37,195 nt of DNA from Octopus bimaculoides (Eukaryota). The stretch covers positions 14,833,680-14,870,874 of the forward strand of contig NC_068992.1 of NCBI RefSeq assembly GCF_001194135.2. Reading direction: 5' to 3'. The first letter of the stretch is position 1, and each line of letters starts with the position of its first letter. Under the pieces are notes generated by a model that worked only from the letters and a program-made list of their open reading frames with translations, did not search any database and was not told where the DNA came from. Shown here piece after piece: positions 1 to 11,569 of this stretch. A program made the position numbers and the translations under genes.

Positions 1-575
1 GGCAGTGGTAATGGTCTTGGTAGTTTTGGTAGTAGTGGTAATGACTGTCATTGTGGTGATAGTTGTGATGATGGTGGTGGTGGTAGTGGTGGTGGTGGTG
101 CTAGTGTTGTTGATGGTGTTGGTGGTGCTAATGGTGACAGTGGTGGTGGTGGTGATGGTAATGGTATTGATGGTTTTGGTGGTAGTGGTAGACATCATGT
201 TTGTGTTGGTGGTGGTTGTGGTGGTAGTGGTGGTGGTGTTGGTTGTGGTGATGGGTGTGTTGGTGTTGGTGGTGGTAATGGTATCGGTGGTCAACATTAT
301 TATGTTCCTGGTGGTTGTAGCTTTGGTGGTTGTTGTGGTGTTGGTGGTAGTTGTTGTGTTGGTGGTGGTGTAGTGGTATGAGGTTGTGCTAGTAATGCCA
401 TCGGTGGTTTTGGTGGTAGTAGTGGCCATTGTGATTATGTTAGTGGTGGTTGTGGCTGTGGTGGTGGCGGCAGTAGTGGTAATGGTGGTGATGTTGGTGG
501 TGGTGGTGTTGACAGCGGTAATGGTATTGGTGGTTAAGGTAGTAGTGGTAGTCAGCAGGTGGTGGTTGTGGTGCT
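1..575. repeat. Degenerate (GGT/GTG)n trinucleotide tract
   Basis: Near-continuous ggt/gtg/gta triplets; gives the poly-Val ORFs in the track. Confidence 0.95.
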
Positions 576-624
576 AGTTTGTTCTTCAGGTTTTCTTTTG
601 CTTGAAAGAGAATTATTTATGATT

Positions 625-1101
625 TCAGTGTGTAAATGTGTTGTGTGTGTGTGTATGTGTGTACATGTGAGTGCATGTGTGTGTGTGCGTGAGTGTGTGG
701 GTATGTAAGTGAATGTGAATGAGTGTGTGTGTATGTGACTGTGTGTGCATGCGAGTGTGTGCATAAGTGTGTGGATATGTGAGTGCAAGTGTGTGTGAGT
801 GTGTGTGTATGTGAATGTGTGTGTGAGTATGTGCAAGTGTGCGTGAGTGTGTGTGTATGTGAGTGTGTGTGTGTGTGTGTATGATGGCATGTGTATGTGT
901 GTAAGAGTGTATGTGTGTGTCAGAGAGAGAGAAAGAAAGAGATAGATAGAGAGATAGAGAGGGAGAGAGAGAAAAGGAGAGAAAGAGGGCAAGAGATAGA
1001 GAGAGAGAGAGTGAGACAGATATACATAGATATAGATAAATAGATAGAGGGAGAGGGAGAGAGGAGGAGAGAGAGAGTGAGAGGCAGAGACAAATAGATA
1101 G

Positions 1102-1153
<52 letters not shown>
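625..1153. repeat. Compound (TG)n then (GA)n/(GATA)n microsatellite
   Basis: tgtg tract to about 920, then gaga/gata tract. Confidence 0.95.
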
Positions 1154-1158
<5 letters not shown>

Positions 1159-1376
1159 GGTGTATATGTGTTGGTGTGAATATTCATACTAATACAGCAG
1201 GCAGTCATTTAGTTTTGTAAGCAGATTTGGTAGACAGAAACTGAAAGAAGCCTGTCGTATACATACATACATACATATATACATACACACACATATATAT
1301 ACATATATAAATATATATATATATGCTTACATATCCTGAGTATATTGGTGTATTCCAAAAGATCATAACATCTAGT

Positions 1377-2132
1377 GATTCACATCGTTTTGAATTAATC
1401 ATGCATTATCTTGTAGTTTTGAGATTTCGATGATCATCATCAGCATTTAACATCCATTTTCCATGCTGGCATGGGTTGGATGGCTTGACAGAAACTAGCA
1501 AGGCCAGGTCCCTCACTGGGTTCCATATTCTGTTTTGGCTTGATTTCTATGGTTGGATGCCCTTCCTAACACCAACCACTCCACAGAGCATACTGGGTCC
1601 TTTTTACATGGTCCCATCACCAGCGCTTTTTACACAACACTGACAACAGTGCTTTTTACATGTTACCTGCACCAATACCAAAGCTTTTTACATGGTGCCT
1701 TGGTTTCTGGATATCGATTCTTTTGTGATGGGTAGGTCTACTTGAGCACAGCAATGTACCATATATCTTGCTTTTCCATCATTTCCTTCATATGTTTCAG
1801 CATTTTGAGATTGGCCTTCAGTACTTCGTCCCATGTCTTCTCCCTCTGTTCCCTCCACTTTATCTGATCAGCGCTTCACTGTGCAATTGTCTTCATCTAT
1901 CTGCATCTTGTGACCAAACTGATGCAGTCACCCTCTCTTACACAATGCATATAATTCCTCTCATGCCCAACTTCTCTCTCAATACACCAATTCTCTGTCA
2001 CACAATGATGTGATTGTTTATTTTTAGAATAACATTGGAGGGTTTGTGTGAGAAGCCAGATCTGACTGCTTTGCTCATAAAACAAGTAGAATATTTGGAC
2101 CAGATATGGCCAGTTTAAATGTTAAAGGGTTA
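1377..2132. mobile_element. Short non-autonomous DNA element (piggyBac-like end) split by a LINE insertion; pieces 1377-1434 and 2005-2132
   Basis: Right end reads ...gttaaagggttag (reverse complement taaccctttaac, resembling a TTAA|CCC terminus); atgat at both insertion junctions. That the two pieces join is inferred from my recall of this repeat. Confidence 0.45.
1433..2004 (-). mobile_element. 5'-truncated RTE-type LINE: degenerate ORF C-terminus, 3' UTR and (GAT)n tail
   Basis: Minus-strand translation includes ...EKTWDEVLKANLKML...; 3' UTR is shared with other copies in the window; tail at 1433-1443. Confidence 0.75.
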
Positions 2133-2192
2133 GCCACTCCATAATTTTGCCCTCAAATTAATGTGAAACACTGCTCCTATTGAGACAGCCTC

Positions 2193-2385
2193 TTATCCTG
2201 TGCCCTCATCTTGTGCCTTCATCTTGTGCCCTCATCCTGTGCCCTTGTCTTGTGCCTTCATCCTGTGCTCTCATCCCGTGCCCTCGTCCTGTGCCTTCAT
2301 CCTGTGCCCTCATCCTGTGCCCTTGTCCTGTGCCTTCATCTCGTGCAATCGTCCTGTGCCCTCATCCTGTGTCTTCACCCTGCAC
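2193..2385. repeat. 13-bp minisatellite, consensus cctcatcctgtgc, about 14 copies
   Basis: Direct reading of the units. Confidence 0.92.
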
Positions 2386-2494
2386 TCTCAACGTCTTCTT
2401 TTTTTTGGCTCATACTCCTTTTCTTCTCATTTTCTTTTCTCCTTCCATGACAGTCTTAAAATCCCCTTCTGCCTCCGTTTGGCTCTTATCATTG

Positions 2495-2990
2495 CAAGAA
2501 ATAATTAATAGTTTTATTCCATGATATAAATGACAAGAGCGTATTAAGAATCCACATAGAAACATGAAATGATTTTCATGTTGTGCAGAAGCGAGCAGCG
2601 AAACCAAGGAATTACACTGGCTTAGCCGTTGAATTAAAATCATTTTGGAAGTTAAAGAATGTGTCAATCATCCAGTTTGTAATTAGTACCAGAGGAATGA
2701 TACACAAATACACAACCATTTCTGTAAAGACATTGACAAAAGGATATACATTGTGATGCTCCAGAAAATAGCTGTACGACTATCTGTAAATATTGTTACA
2801 GCATTCAGACGTGGCATTTGTTGGTCTTCAGCATTTTAAGTTTGTTTTCCGGGTGTGTATTTAATGCTTTATGATGTAAGAAGGACAAAACTGACTGTGT
2901 GTAACAACATGGACATGAATGACGACGATGACAACAACAACAACAACAACAACAACAGCAACAAAAACAGCAGCAAAAACAACAACCACA
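2495..2990 (+). mobile_element. Degenerate 3' end of an R4/Dong-type (restriction-like endonuclease) LINE with AAC-rich tail
   Basis: Translation VLFHDINDKSVLRIHIET*NDFHVVQKRAAKPRNYTGLAVELKSFWKLKNVSIIQFVISTRGMIHK...LQKIAVRLSVNIV fits the RLE C-terminal pattern (K..KY..LA.E...W...V...P.VI...G); (aac)n near 2935-2990. Confidence 0.7.
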
Positions 2991-3004
2991 GCAACAGCAA
3001 CGAA

Positions 3005-3150
3005 TATTTTCTGATATAGAGACAAGGTTAGTAATTTTGAGGAGAGGGGGATTTATCGATACCGTCGACCCCAGTGCATGACTGGTACTCTATTTTATCA
3101 ACTGTGGAAGGATGACCTCAGTTTGATTTCTACTCAGAATGTAAAAGGCT
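3005..3150 (-). mobile_element. SINE family 2 fragment
   Basis: Contains gaccccagtg...actggtact...tttatc and ttgatttctactcagaatgt, as in other family 2 copies. Confidence 0.65.
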
Positions 3151-3196
3151 ACAAATTTTTTTTCGGTCACTCTAATGGTTCTACCAGCTCTTTCCA

Positions 3197-3445
3197 ATGA
3201 TGATGATGATGGTGACGATGATGGCGATGATGGTGATGAAAATGATGATGATGATGATGATGAGGATGACGAGGAGGATGGTGACGATGGTGATGATGAT
3301 GATGACAATGACGCTGATGATGGTGTTGATGATGATGATGATGATGATGAGGATGATGAGGAGGAGGATGGTGATGATGGTGATGATGGTGATGATGATG
3401 ATGATGATGATGAGGATGACGAGGAGGAGGATGGTGATGATGATT
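3197..3445. repeat. (GAT/GAG)n tract with internal higher-order duplication
   Basis: gatgatgaggatgacgaggaggatggtga block recurs three times. Confidence 0.9.
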
Positions 3446-3640
3446 TAATGATTACAAATTTTGGCAGGATCTCGACAATTTTAAAGGAAGGAGCAGTTGA
3501 CTACATTGCATCCTCCCCCACTCCCATCCGAGTCCAAGTGGTGCTTATTTTACGGACCCTGGATGGACGAATAGTAAAGCCAGCATTTGAACTCAGAATG
3601 TAAAGCTGAAAAAAATTCCGCAAACCATTTTTCCCAGCAT
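3445..3640 (-). mobile_element. SINE family 2, diverged copy
   Basis: B-box region tttgaactcagaatgtaaag on + strand; head and tail segments recognisable. Confidence 0.6.
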
Positions 3641-3689
3641 GCTAACTTTTTATTATAGACCCAAAGCCTCAAATCTATGGGCAGGGTGT

Positions 3690-3915
3690 TTTTGTAAGTG
3701 GTGCCCATGCTGGTGGGGCAGAAAAAAAAAGCACTCACAACACGCTTGGAGTGGTTGGCGTAAGGAAAGGGCATCCATCTGTAGATACCATACCGAATCA
3801 GATTTGAACCTTAAGCAGCCCCCTCCCCACTGCCCCGGCTTACCAGTTTTCAGTCAAACTGTCCAACCCATGCCAACATGGAAGAACAGACGTTAAATGA
3901 TGATGATGATGATGG
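3690..3915 (+). mobile_element. RTE-LINE 3' end / tail repeat
   Basis: gagtggttggcgtaaggaaagggcatcca...ccaacccatgccaacatggaa...gttaaatgatgatgat. Confidence 0.8.
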
Positions 3916-4031
3916 AGCTAGTTGATTACATTAACCCCAGGGTCCAACTGGTACTTGTACTGACCCCCAAAAAGGGATGAAGGACAAAGCAGACCCTAGT
4001 GGAAAACCGAATGAAAGAAAAGTTAATAGCT

Positions 4032-4430
4032 AGGTGCAGGAGTGGCTGTGTGGTAAATAGCTAGCTTACCAACCACATGGTTCCGGGTTCATTCCCACTG
4101 CATGGCACCTTGGGCAAGTGTCTTCTACTATAGCCTCGGGCTGACCAAAGCCTTGTGAGTGGATTTGGTAGACAAAAACTGAAAGAAGCCTGTTGTATAT
4201 ATATATATGTATGTGTGTGTATATATGTGTGTGTGTCTCTGTTTGTCCCCCCAACATTGCTTGACAACCGATGGTGGTGTGTTTACGTCCCCATAACTTA
4301 GCGGTTCGGTTAAAGAGACCGATAGAATAAGTAGTAGGCTTCCGAATAATAAGTCCTGAGGTCGATTTGCTCGACTAAAGGTGGTGCTCCAGCATGACCA
4401 CAGTCAAATGACTGAAACAAGTAAAAGAGT
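4032..4430 (+). mobile_element. tRNA-headed SINE family 1, near full length, with internal TA/TG microsatellite
   Basis: A-box ggctgtgtggtaa, B-box gggttcattccc, body ggcaccttgggcaagtgtcttctactatagcc, tail gactgaaacaagtaaaaga; many copies in the window. Confidence 0.9.
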
Positions 4431-4660
4431 ACCTCGATTACTCAGGCTACCTGGCTGTAAATAGGCACAGCTTACATGTAGAGTTAAGTGTTGTAAGCAA
4501 CAAAGAATTTTGTGATGGTGGAATGGATGTTGTGTTGAGATGAAAATTGTTCCACAGAGAGTAAACAAAACGAAAACGCAAAAATAAATGACTGACAATA
4601 AATCAATGTCATCACAGCTCCATCTTCATTGAAGGAAAAGAGTTGTGGAAATAGGGGCGG

Positions 4661-4691
<31 letters not shown>

Positions 4692-4900
4692 GGTGATTGA
4701 TGTATTTTGACCCTGATTAATGCTTCATAAACTATGATAAGCTTCAACAGTCATGTGCAGATAGTTTTATAGAAACAAAAAAAAAAAAAACAGAAAAGAA
4801 AACAGAATATAAATATAAATATAAATATATATAAATAAATAAATAAACTGACAGATAAACAAATAAATTAGCAAAACAAACGAATACATAAATAAGGACA

Positions 4901-5110
4901 GCAAGAAGAAGAAAAAGAAGAAGAAAAAGAAGGAGGAGGAGGAGGAGAAGAAGAAGAAGGAGGAGGAGGAGGAGGAGAAGAAGGAGGAGGAGGAGAAGAA
5001 GAAGGAGGATGAGGAGAAGGAGAAGAAGAAAAGGAGGAAGAAGACGAAGAAGAAGAAGAAGAAGAAGAAGGAGGAGGAGAAGAAAAAGAAGAAGAAGAAC
5101 AACAACAACA
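4901..5110. repeat. (GAA/GGA)n homopurine tract
   Basis: Direct reading. Confidence 0.95.
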
Positions 5111-5114
5111 GCAA

Positions 5115-5485
5115 TAGTAATCCTTTCTACAATAGACACAGGACCTGAAATTTGAGAGGAGGGGCCTTGTCGATTACCTCGACCCCAGTAACTTATCAAC
5201 TCCAAAAGGATGAAAGGCAAAGTCAACCTCGGCAGAATTTGAACTCAGAATGTGAAGTGGGATGAGAGTTCACTACCTTTGCTTTCATATTTTGGCACAA
5301 GGCCAGCAATCTTGAGGGTGGGGGTTAAGTCAATTACATCCCCCCACCCCGCCCAGTATTCAACTGGTACTTATTTTATCGACCCCTGAAAGGATAAAAG
5401 GCTAGTTTGACCTAGGCGGAATTTGAACTCAGTACATGAAGATGAACAAAATGGCACTAACCATTTTATCCAACATGCTAACAGT
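5115..5485 (-). mobile_element. Two tandem SINE family 2 copies (5115-5260 and 5287-5485)
   Basis: Each has aaaggat(g)aaa(ggc/agg)...gtcaacctcggc(a/g)gaatttgaactcag; the two copies have different 3' tails. Confidence 0.8.
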
Positions 5486-5814
5486 ACTACCGGATCATCA
5501 TTGCTGAACAACAGGAAAAATTTGAATACATTGTGTNNNNNNNNNNNNNNNNNNNNNNNNNNNNNNNNNNNNNNNNNNNNNNNNNNNNNNNNNNNNNNNN
5601 NNNNNNNNNNNNNNNNNNNNNNNNNNNNNNNNNNNNNNNNNNNNNNNNNNNNNNNNNNNNNNNNNNNNNNNNNNNNNNNNNNNNNNNNNNNNNNNNNNNN
5701 NNNNNNNNNNNNNNNNNNNNNNNNNNNNNNNNNNNNNNNNNNNNNNNNNNNNNNNNNNNNNNNNNNNNNNNNNNNNNNNNNNNNNNNNNNNNNNNNNNNN
5801 NTATATATATATAA

Positions 5815-6202
5815 GTGGCTGTGTGGTAAATAGTTTGCTTCCCAACCACGTGGTTCCGGGTTCAGTCCCATTGCGTGGCACCTTGGGCAAGTGTCTTCTA
5901 CTATAAGCCTCGGGCCGACCAAAGCCTTGTGAGTGGATTTGGTAGATGGAAATGAAAGAAGCCTGTCGTATATATTGTGTGTGTGTGCGTGTGAGTGTTT
6001 GTTCCCACCACCACTACCATTGCTCGACAACTGATGGTGGTGTGTTTGTGTCCCCATAACTTAGCAGTTCAGCATAGGAGACCAATAGAGTAAGTACCAG
6101 GCTCACAAAGGATAAGTCCTGGGGACGATTTCTTTGACGAAAGGTGGTGCTCCAGCATGGCAGCAGTCACATGACTGAAACAAATTAAAGAATAAAAGAA
6201 TA
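5815..6202 (+). mobile_element. SINE family 1, near full length
   Basis: Collinear with 4032-4430. Confidence 0.9.
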
Positions 6203-6267
6203 AAAAAATATACGTATACATATACCAGTGGTAAGTAAGGACGTGTGTGTATGTGTTTGTGTGTGTG

Positions 6268-6326
<59 letters not shown>

Positions 6327-6401
6327 CGAGAGAGTTTGGTGTTTTTCCTTTTGGCTCTACATGTATCTGCCATTAAATCTATGGTTCACAATTAATTTCA
6401 G

Positions 6402-6448
6402 TGGATATAATCATCTTGATAGTGAGTGTTGTATTAATTTTCAACACA
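6402..6448 (+). CDS. Candidate exon of putative membrane protein: (V)DIIILIVSVVLIFNT
   Basis: Acceptor aattaatttcag, donor ACA|gtcagt (a stronger gtgagt donor at 6422 is in the same phase); ends in phase 0, matching the next candidate. Confidence 0.25.
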
Positions 6449-6783
6449 GTCAGTCCCAACAACTGAATTATATCGAGTGTCACATATGGTAATAGAGAAA
6501 TTCACGTGAATGAGCGAGAAATATAATCATAGTATAGAAGTATCATTCAAGTATTGCAAATTTAATTGGCAATGAACAGAATTCCAAAGTATTCTTGTTA
6601 ATTTACAAGCATTTCAAATGGAATAGCTGCGTAGATATTGCCACAAGGGTTTTGGATCACAGATTATATTGATGGCTACTGTCTTGTCACAGTTGGTGAT
6701 TTACAGCCTACAGGAGGAACTTAAGCCATAATCACTTTGACCTAGAAAATTAATGACTCAAATTGTTTATTAACTTCCATCAG

Positions 6784-6894
6784 ACATCTTTCTCTCTAGA
6801 AAAGAAGAAGCTCGATCTTCGATTTATTGCAATAAATTTCACCATCATGTCAGGAGTTGTGTCCCTTCCTTTCTTTGTATGCTCAGCTTTGCAA
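6784..6894 (+). CDS. Candidate exon TSFSLEKKKLDLRFIAINFTIMSGVVSLPFFVCSALQ (TM6-like)
   Basis: Acceptor taacttccatcag (alternative tctctctag at 6799), donor CAA|gtaact, 111 nt open; basic patch followed by a hydrophobic helix with SLPFFV. Confidence 0.4.
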
Positions 6895-6977
6895 GTAACT
6901 ACGTTAGTTAACTCTTGATTTCCGGAACATGTATTTATCACCGTGAAAGTTATTTCTGGTTGACAACAATGGAAATA

Positions 6978-7100
6978 ATATTGGTTTCAAACTTTTGGCA
7001 CAAGGCCGGCAGTTTCAAGGGAGGTGGGAAAGCCATTTACATGGATGTCAGTGTTCAACATATACTTAATTTATTGACCTTAAGAATATGAAAGGCAAAG
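6978..7100 (-). mobile_element. SINE family 2, 3' part
   Basis: Tail ggtttcaaacttttggcacaaggcc and atgaaaggcaaag. Confidence 0.65.
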
Positions 7101-7167
7101 AACCTAACTCTCTATGCATAACTAAATACATAGATATATACGTGCACATATACATATACATATCCAG

Positions 7168-7322
7168 GTGGGGCTGTGTGGTAAGAAGCTTGCTTCCCAA
7201 CCACATGGTTCCAGGTTCAATCCCACTGCGCAGCACCTTGAGCAAGTGTATTCTACTATAGCCTTGGGCCAACCAAAGCCTTGTGAGTGGATTTGGTAGA
7301 CAGAAACTGAAAGAAGGCAGTC

Positions 7323-7362
<40 letters not shown>

Positions 7363-7514
7363 CTATAACTTAGCAGTTTGGCAAAAGAAACTGAGAGAAA
7401 AAATACAAGGTTTTAAAAGAAGTGAAAGTACTGGGATTAATTCATTCGACTAAAATTCTTCAAGGTGATGCTCCAGCATGGCCGCACTGTAATGACTGAA
7501 ACAAAGAAAAGATA
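7168..7514 (+). mobile_element. SINE family 1 with internal deletion
   Basis: Head, body and tail collinear with 4032-4430. Confidence 0.88.
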
Positions 7515-7521
7515 AATGATA

Positions 7522-7559
<38 letters not shown>

Positions 7560-7588
7560 ACACACACACACACACGTATATATATGGA

Positions 7589-8005
7589 ACGGTCATGGTT
7601 GTGTGGTTAAGAAACTTACTTTGCAACCATGTGATTTCAGGTTCAGTTCCACTGCATAGCACTTTGGACAAATGTCTTTTATTGTAGTTCCAGGAAACTA
7701 ATGCTTTGGGAATGAATCTGGTAGTAAGAAAGTGTGTGGGAGTCAGTCATAAATGTGTGCATGCGTGTGTGTGTGTGCGCGTGTGTGTGTGTGCGTGTAT
7801 TTTTGTGTCTTTGATGGTCTTCTAATACTGCTTGACAACTGGTGTCTGTTTCTGTCTCTTTGACTTAGCAGTTTGTCAATAGAAACCAATGTAATAAATA
7901 CCTGGGTTAAAGCAATAAGGACTGGGGGCAGTTTGTTTGGCTAAAAATCTTACAAAGTGGTGTTGAAGCTTGACCAGAGTCCAGTGAATAAAACAATTGA
8001 AAGAT
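7589..8005 (+). mobile_element. SINE family 1, old diverged copy
   Basis: Degenerate head ggttgtgtggttaagaaac...caggttcagttcc, internal (TG)n, degenerate tail. Confidence 0.75.
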
Positions 8006-8100
8006 AAAAAATACAGAATTTTTTTATTGGAATACAGATTTTTGACAGATCAATTTACCTGTCCTGTTCAGTAGATCAATCAATGATTATAAGAGCTTAC

Positions 8101-8291
8101 TTTTCACTTGATATAATAATGTTATTATGATTCCAAGAGTTGCTCATACAACCCTCAACACATATTTTATAGTATTGTCTCTTACAAGTATTGTTTATCA
8201 TAGGTTTGTTTATGAGACTATTCAGTAGATTATTGTTCATCAAAATACTGTTTATCAACCAACTACCATATTTGCTATGATAATAATGTAT
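8101..8291 (-). CDS. Candidate internal exon IHYYHSKYGSWLINSILMNNNLLNSLINKPMINNTCKRQYYKICVEGCMSNSWNHNNIIISSE(K)
   Basis: Strong acceptor tttatttctttatttttag and donor AA|gtaagc bracket exactly 191 open nt; no recognisable homology. Confidence 0.3.
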
Positions 8292-8726
8292 CTAAAAATA
8301 AAGAAATAAAATAAGTGCACATGGTTAAGATATAGTGCAAAGCCTACATATTTATTGAGATTACTCTATTGCCAAATACACCCCCCTCCCCACAACCCTT
8401 CCACTCATTCAGTTTGTTTAATATTCTGCAAAAATGCCTTCAGGATTGAGAAAGTGGCAAATACTTGATAAAACAAAAATGGTAGAAATGAAATTTTGAA
8501 AAACAAAAGCAAAAACATTCTTAAATTAAAAAACTGAATCCAAAGCAGAAAGAATTATAACAACAATACCTAAACTTTATTAAATTGGAGCTAGCAATTA
8601 TCATAAACGAGAACTGATGTTTAATGTTTGACTAGATTAATTTCACATGTGATTAAATAAATATTGATTTGAAGAATTGATCAAATACACATGCACTTAA
8701 AATCACACTTATGCAGATACATTGAC

Positions 8727-8865
<139 letters not shown>

Positions 8866-9327
8866 TCATCATCATCCTTTAACGTCTACTTTCCATGCTG
8901 GCATGGGTTGGATGGTTTGACATGGAGACACCCGGCTGGGAGCTGTCCAAATTCCAATTGTCTATTGTAACATGGAAGCCCTTCGTAATTCCAACCACTT
9001 AACAGAGGGTGTTGACAGCTTTCTACATGCCACTGGCACAGGTGCATCAATACAGCACTGGCACAGGTACCTTTTAAGTGGCACCAGCATCTGAAAGCCC
9101 AAGCCTGTATGTATGGAAGACAGAGATTTTATTTTGCCTGATATGTCTTATCAAATACAGCAAATAGCTACACCTCCTGATCCCTTGTCATTTCTTCAGT
9201 GAGGCTCAACAGCCAAAAATCCTTTCTTACTACTTTGTCCCACATCTTCTTAGGTCTACCCCTTCCACAGGTACCCTCCACAATTAGAGCTTGACACTTC
9301 TTTATGCAGCTGTCCTCGTCTGTATGC
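8866..9327 (-). mobile_element. 5'-truncated RTE-type LINE (ORF C-terminus, 3' UTR, GAT tail)
   Basis: Translation ...DEDSCIKKCQALIVEGTCGRGRPKKMWDKVVRKDFWLLSLTEEMTRDQEV*, the typical RTE end motif G.R.RGRP.K.W. Confidence 0.9.
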
Positions 9328-9331
9328 AAAA

Positions 9332-9548
9332 TATTGGTTTCAAATTTTGGCACAAGGCCAGCAAATTTGAGGAAGGTCAATTACATTGACCTCTGTGTTC
9401 AACTGGTACTTATATTACTAACCTAGAAAGGATGAAAGGCAAAGTCGACCCACCCAGAAGAAGCATTTGAACTCAGAACCTAAAGCTAGAAGAAATGTTA
9501 CTAAGCAATTTTTCCGGTGTGCTAACAATTCTACCCATTTGTTGCCTT
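9332..9548 (-). mobile_element. SINE family 2, full length, adjoining the 5' end of the LINE fragment
   Basis: Reverse complement gives head, gagttcaaat B-box, ctttgcctttcatcc core and tail ccttgtgccaaaatttgaaacc. Confidence 0.85.
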
Positions 9549-9589
9549 TGCTTTCACTAAAATAGTAATAAAAATAATTTAATGACCAC

Positions 9590-9690
9590 CGCCGCCACCA
9601 CCACCACTGCCACTGCTGCTGCTGCTACTATTACTACTACTACTACTATTACTACTACTACTACTACTATTACTACTACTATTACTACAA
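9590..9690. repeat. (CCA)(CTG)(CTA)n compound trinucleotide repeat
   Basis: Direct reading. Confidence 0.9.
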
Positions 9691-9839
9691 AGCTGCACAA
9701 TATAAATTCTCTTAGATATAATTTTATAAAGATTGCATGATTCTTCTGAATTTCTATACATTTATCAAGAGTGTATAATTTAATCTATATACTCTTTGAT
9801 AATATGATTTTCATATGGGATATATATATACATATAAAC

Positions 9840-9872
<33 letters not shown>

Positions 9873-10299
9873 TATATACCCCACCACCAGGCCGTCTTTG
9901 ATCTATTGAACTGCTGAGAGACAGAGAGAGGGAGAGTAGGAGAGTTTAAGAAAGAGAAAGAGAGAGAGAGAGAGAGTGTGTATATGTGTGTGTATGTGTA
10001 AATGTATATGGGTCCCTCGTGACCCACACTGTCTAATCTTCCAATGCTTTTGACCATTTTGGCGACTTTCGAGTGGAATTATATAAACTGTAAAGAGAGT
10101 TTAAGTTAGAAGTAAATGTTCGTTCAGGCAATTGTTTAAAAATAATTACCTTTGTAGAGGTGGTGGCAGTGTGGGGGTGCAGGTGGGGGGGACATAATTA
10201 TGGTCAAATGTGTTTCCACAGAAGAGTGGAAATCAATGACATTCATTGACAATGATCACACGATATAAGAACTAAAAGATACAATCACACACACACATA

Positions 10300-10458
10300 C
10301 GCAAGGTTAGCTTCCAGTTTTCATTTTGCCAAATTCCCTCAAAAGGCTATGGTTAACCTAGGGCTATAATAGAAGACATTTGCCAAAGGTGCCACACAGT
10401 AGGACTGAACCCAGAACCAACTAGTTGGGTAGCAAAATTCTTAACCACACATCCACAA
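10300..10458 (-). mobile_element. SINE family 1, 5' half
   Basis: gggctataatagaagacatttgccaaaggtgcc...ggactgaacccagaacc. Confidence 0.8.
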
Positions 10459-10635
10459 CTACATCTATTTTAACCATTTTTCCAGAAGAAAGGATGATTC
10501 TTGGAATAAATCCAATTTTCCTTTGATAAATACCACTCCCCCCTAATAAAGGATGTAATTTTTGCATTAATTATTTAGTTGTAATTTCTTGAATAATTGA
10601 ATGGATAACATTAAGGACCTCATTTCTTTGGTCAG

Positions 10636-10717
10636 TTATATGTAGAAGAATCATTACGACATTATTCATTAATTTTAATCTATGTGATCACAAGCCCAAT
10701 ACATTTAGGATATTTAG
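10636..10717 (+). CDS. Candidate exon LYVEESLRHYSLILIYVITSPIHLGYL (TM7-like)
   Basis: Acceptor catttctttggtcag, donor TAG|gtaatc, 82 nt open, phase 0 to 1; fits both neighbours. Confidence 0.4.
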
Positions 10718-10921
10718 GTAATCTAGTGTAAATTATGAAAGAATTAGCCTAATGTGGATATTTATCATGATTAAACATTATCATTTCATCTCCTAGCAAC
10801 TTGATTAAAACATGGGGATTTTTTGAGCTAAAACTACCATGTAGGAACAGTGAAGCATTTTTGTATGACATCTTAATGAAAAATTGAAGACATGAAGTTC
10901 AAGAACTCACAAACTACTTCA

Positions 10922-11446
10922 TTATTGCTCTTGCATGTTAATTTTTTCATTTGTTTCTTCAGATTTTGTGCTATTTCCGGCACAATGTATGAAGTAGCTG
11001 AATTTAATTTGCTGTTTTTCTTCTAGAAATTTCCAGATGTTATTAGTTACATCTTTTTTTTGTTTTGTTGTAAGCTCAATTTTTTTTTTGAGATATCCCC
11101 ATAATGGTGAATAATTAAAACTGGCTGTGGTAATCTTTGATCTGTTGTCCAGTTTGATTATAATTAATATTTGTTTAAACTTCCCCACAAAAATTATAAA
11201 ATTTTTTTTTCCTTTTCTGAAAGGGATGTTATCAAATATTGGATCTACAGTTTCCATATGATCTTTTAATGTTCCCTTTGATGTTTCTAGAAGGAAATGA
11301 TAAGACATGGGCAACTGATCCCAAATAATATCCACTAAAATCCTTTTAATTCCATATTTCTGCTGAATTATGTTGTTTTTGTTTTCAATTAATTTTAAAA
11401 ACAATAAAAGATTTAGTAGAAAAATTTTGTTATTATTAGGCCGATG
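10922..11446 (-). CDS. Long AT-rich open frame (174 codons after an acceptor-like site), product unknown; competes with the + strand model
   Basis: Stop-free for about 180 codons in AT-rich DNA; acceptor atttatgtttgcag at 11447; ends TAA TGA; no recognisable motif. Confidence 0.35.
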   Translation of the reverse strand, partial: HRPNNNKIFLLNLLLFLKLIENKNNIIQQKYGIKRILVDIIWDQLPMSYHFLLETSKGTLKDHMETVDPIFDNIPFRKGKKNFIIFVGKFKQILIIIKLDNRSKITTASFNYSPLWGYLKKKIELTTKQKKDVTNNIWKFLEEKQQIKFSYFIHCAGNSTKSEETNEKINMQEQ

Positions 11447-11495
11447 CTGCAAACATAAATTAACAGGAATATTTTATTGGGAAATTTTAATTTAG

Positions 11496-11569
11496 ATCAC
11501 TTTAAAACAGGAATTTTGTACCGTAGAACCAAAGGCAATTTTGGGCAGGTTGGTGCCAAAGACTTTGAA
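11496..11569 (+). CDS. Candidate exon (D)HFKTGILYRRTKGNFGQVGAKDFE
   Basis: Acceptor aattttaatttag, strong donor GAA|gtgagt, phase 1 to 0. Confidence 0.4.

Noticed and set aside
5-1208. Poly-Val and His/Thr/Leu-Ser ORFs
   Set aside because: Translations of GGT, TG and GA repeats.
3175-3603. Asp-rich 142-aa ORF as a molluscan acidic matrix protein
   Set aside because: It is a (GAT)n tract flanked by SINE remnants, and the non-acidic part is SINE sequence.
11496-11569. Kinase Gly-loop (KGNFGQV) or RapGAP (FK.G.LY) motif
   Set aside because: First Gly of GxGxFG is absent and no downstream kinase or GAP motifs are found.
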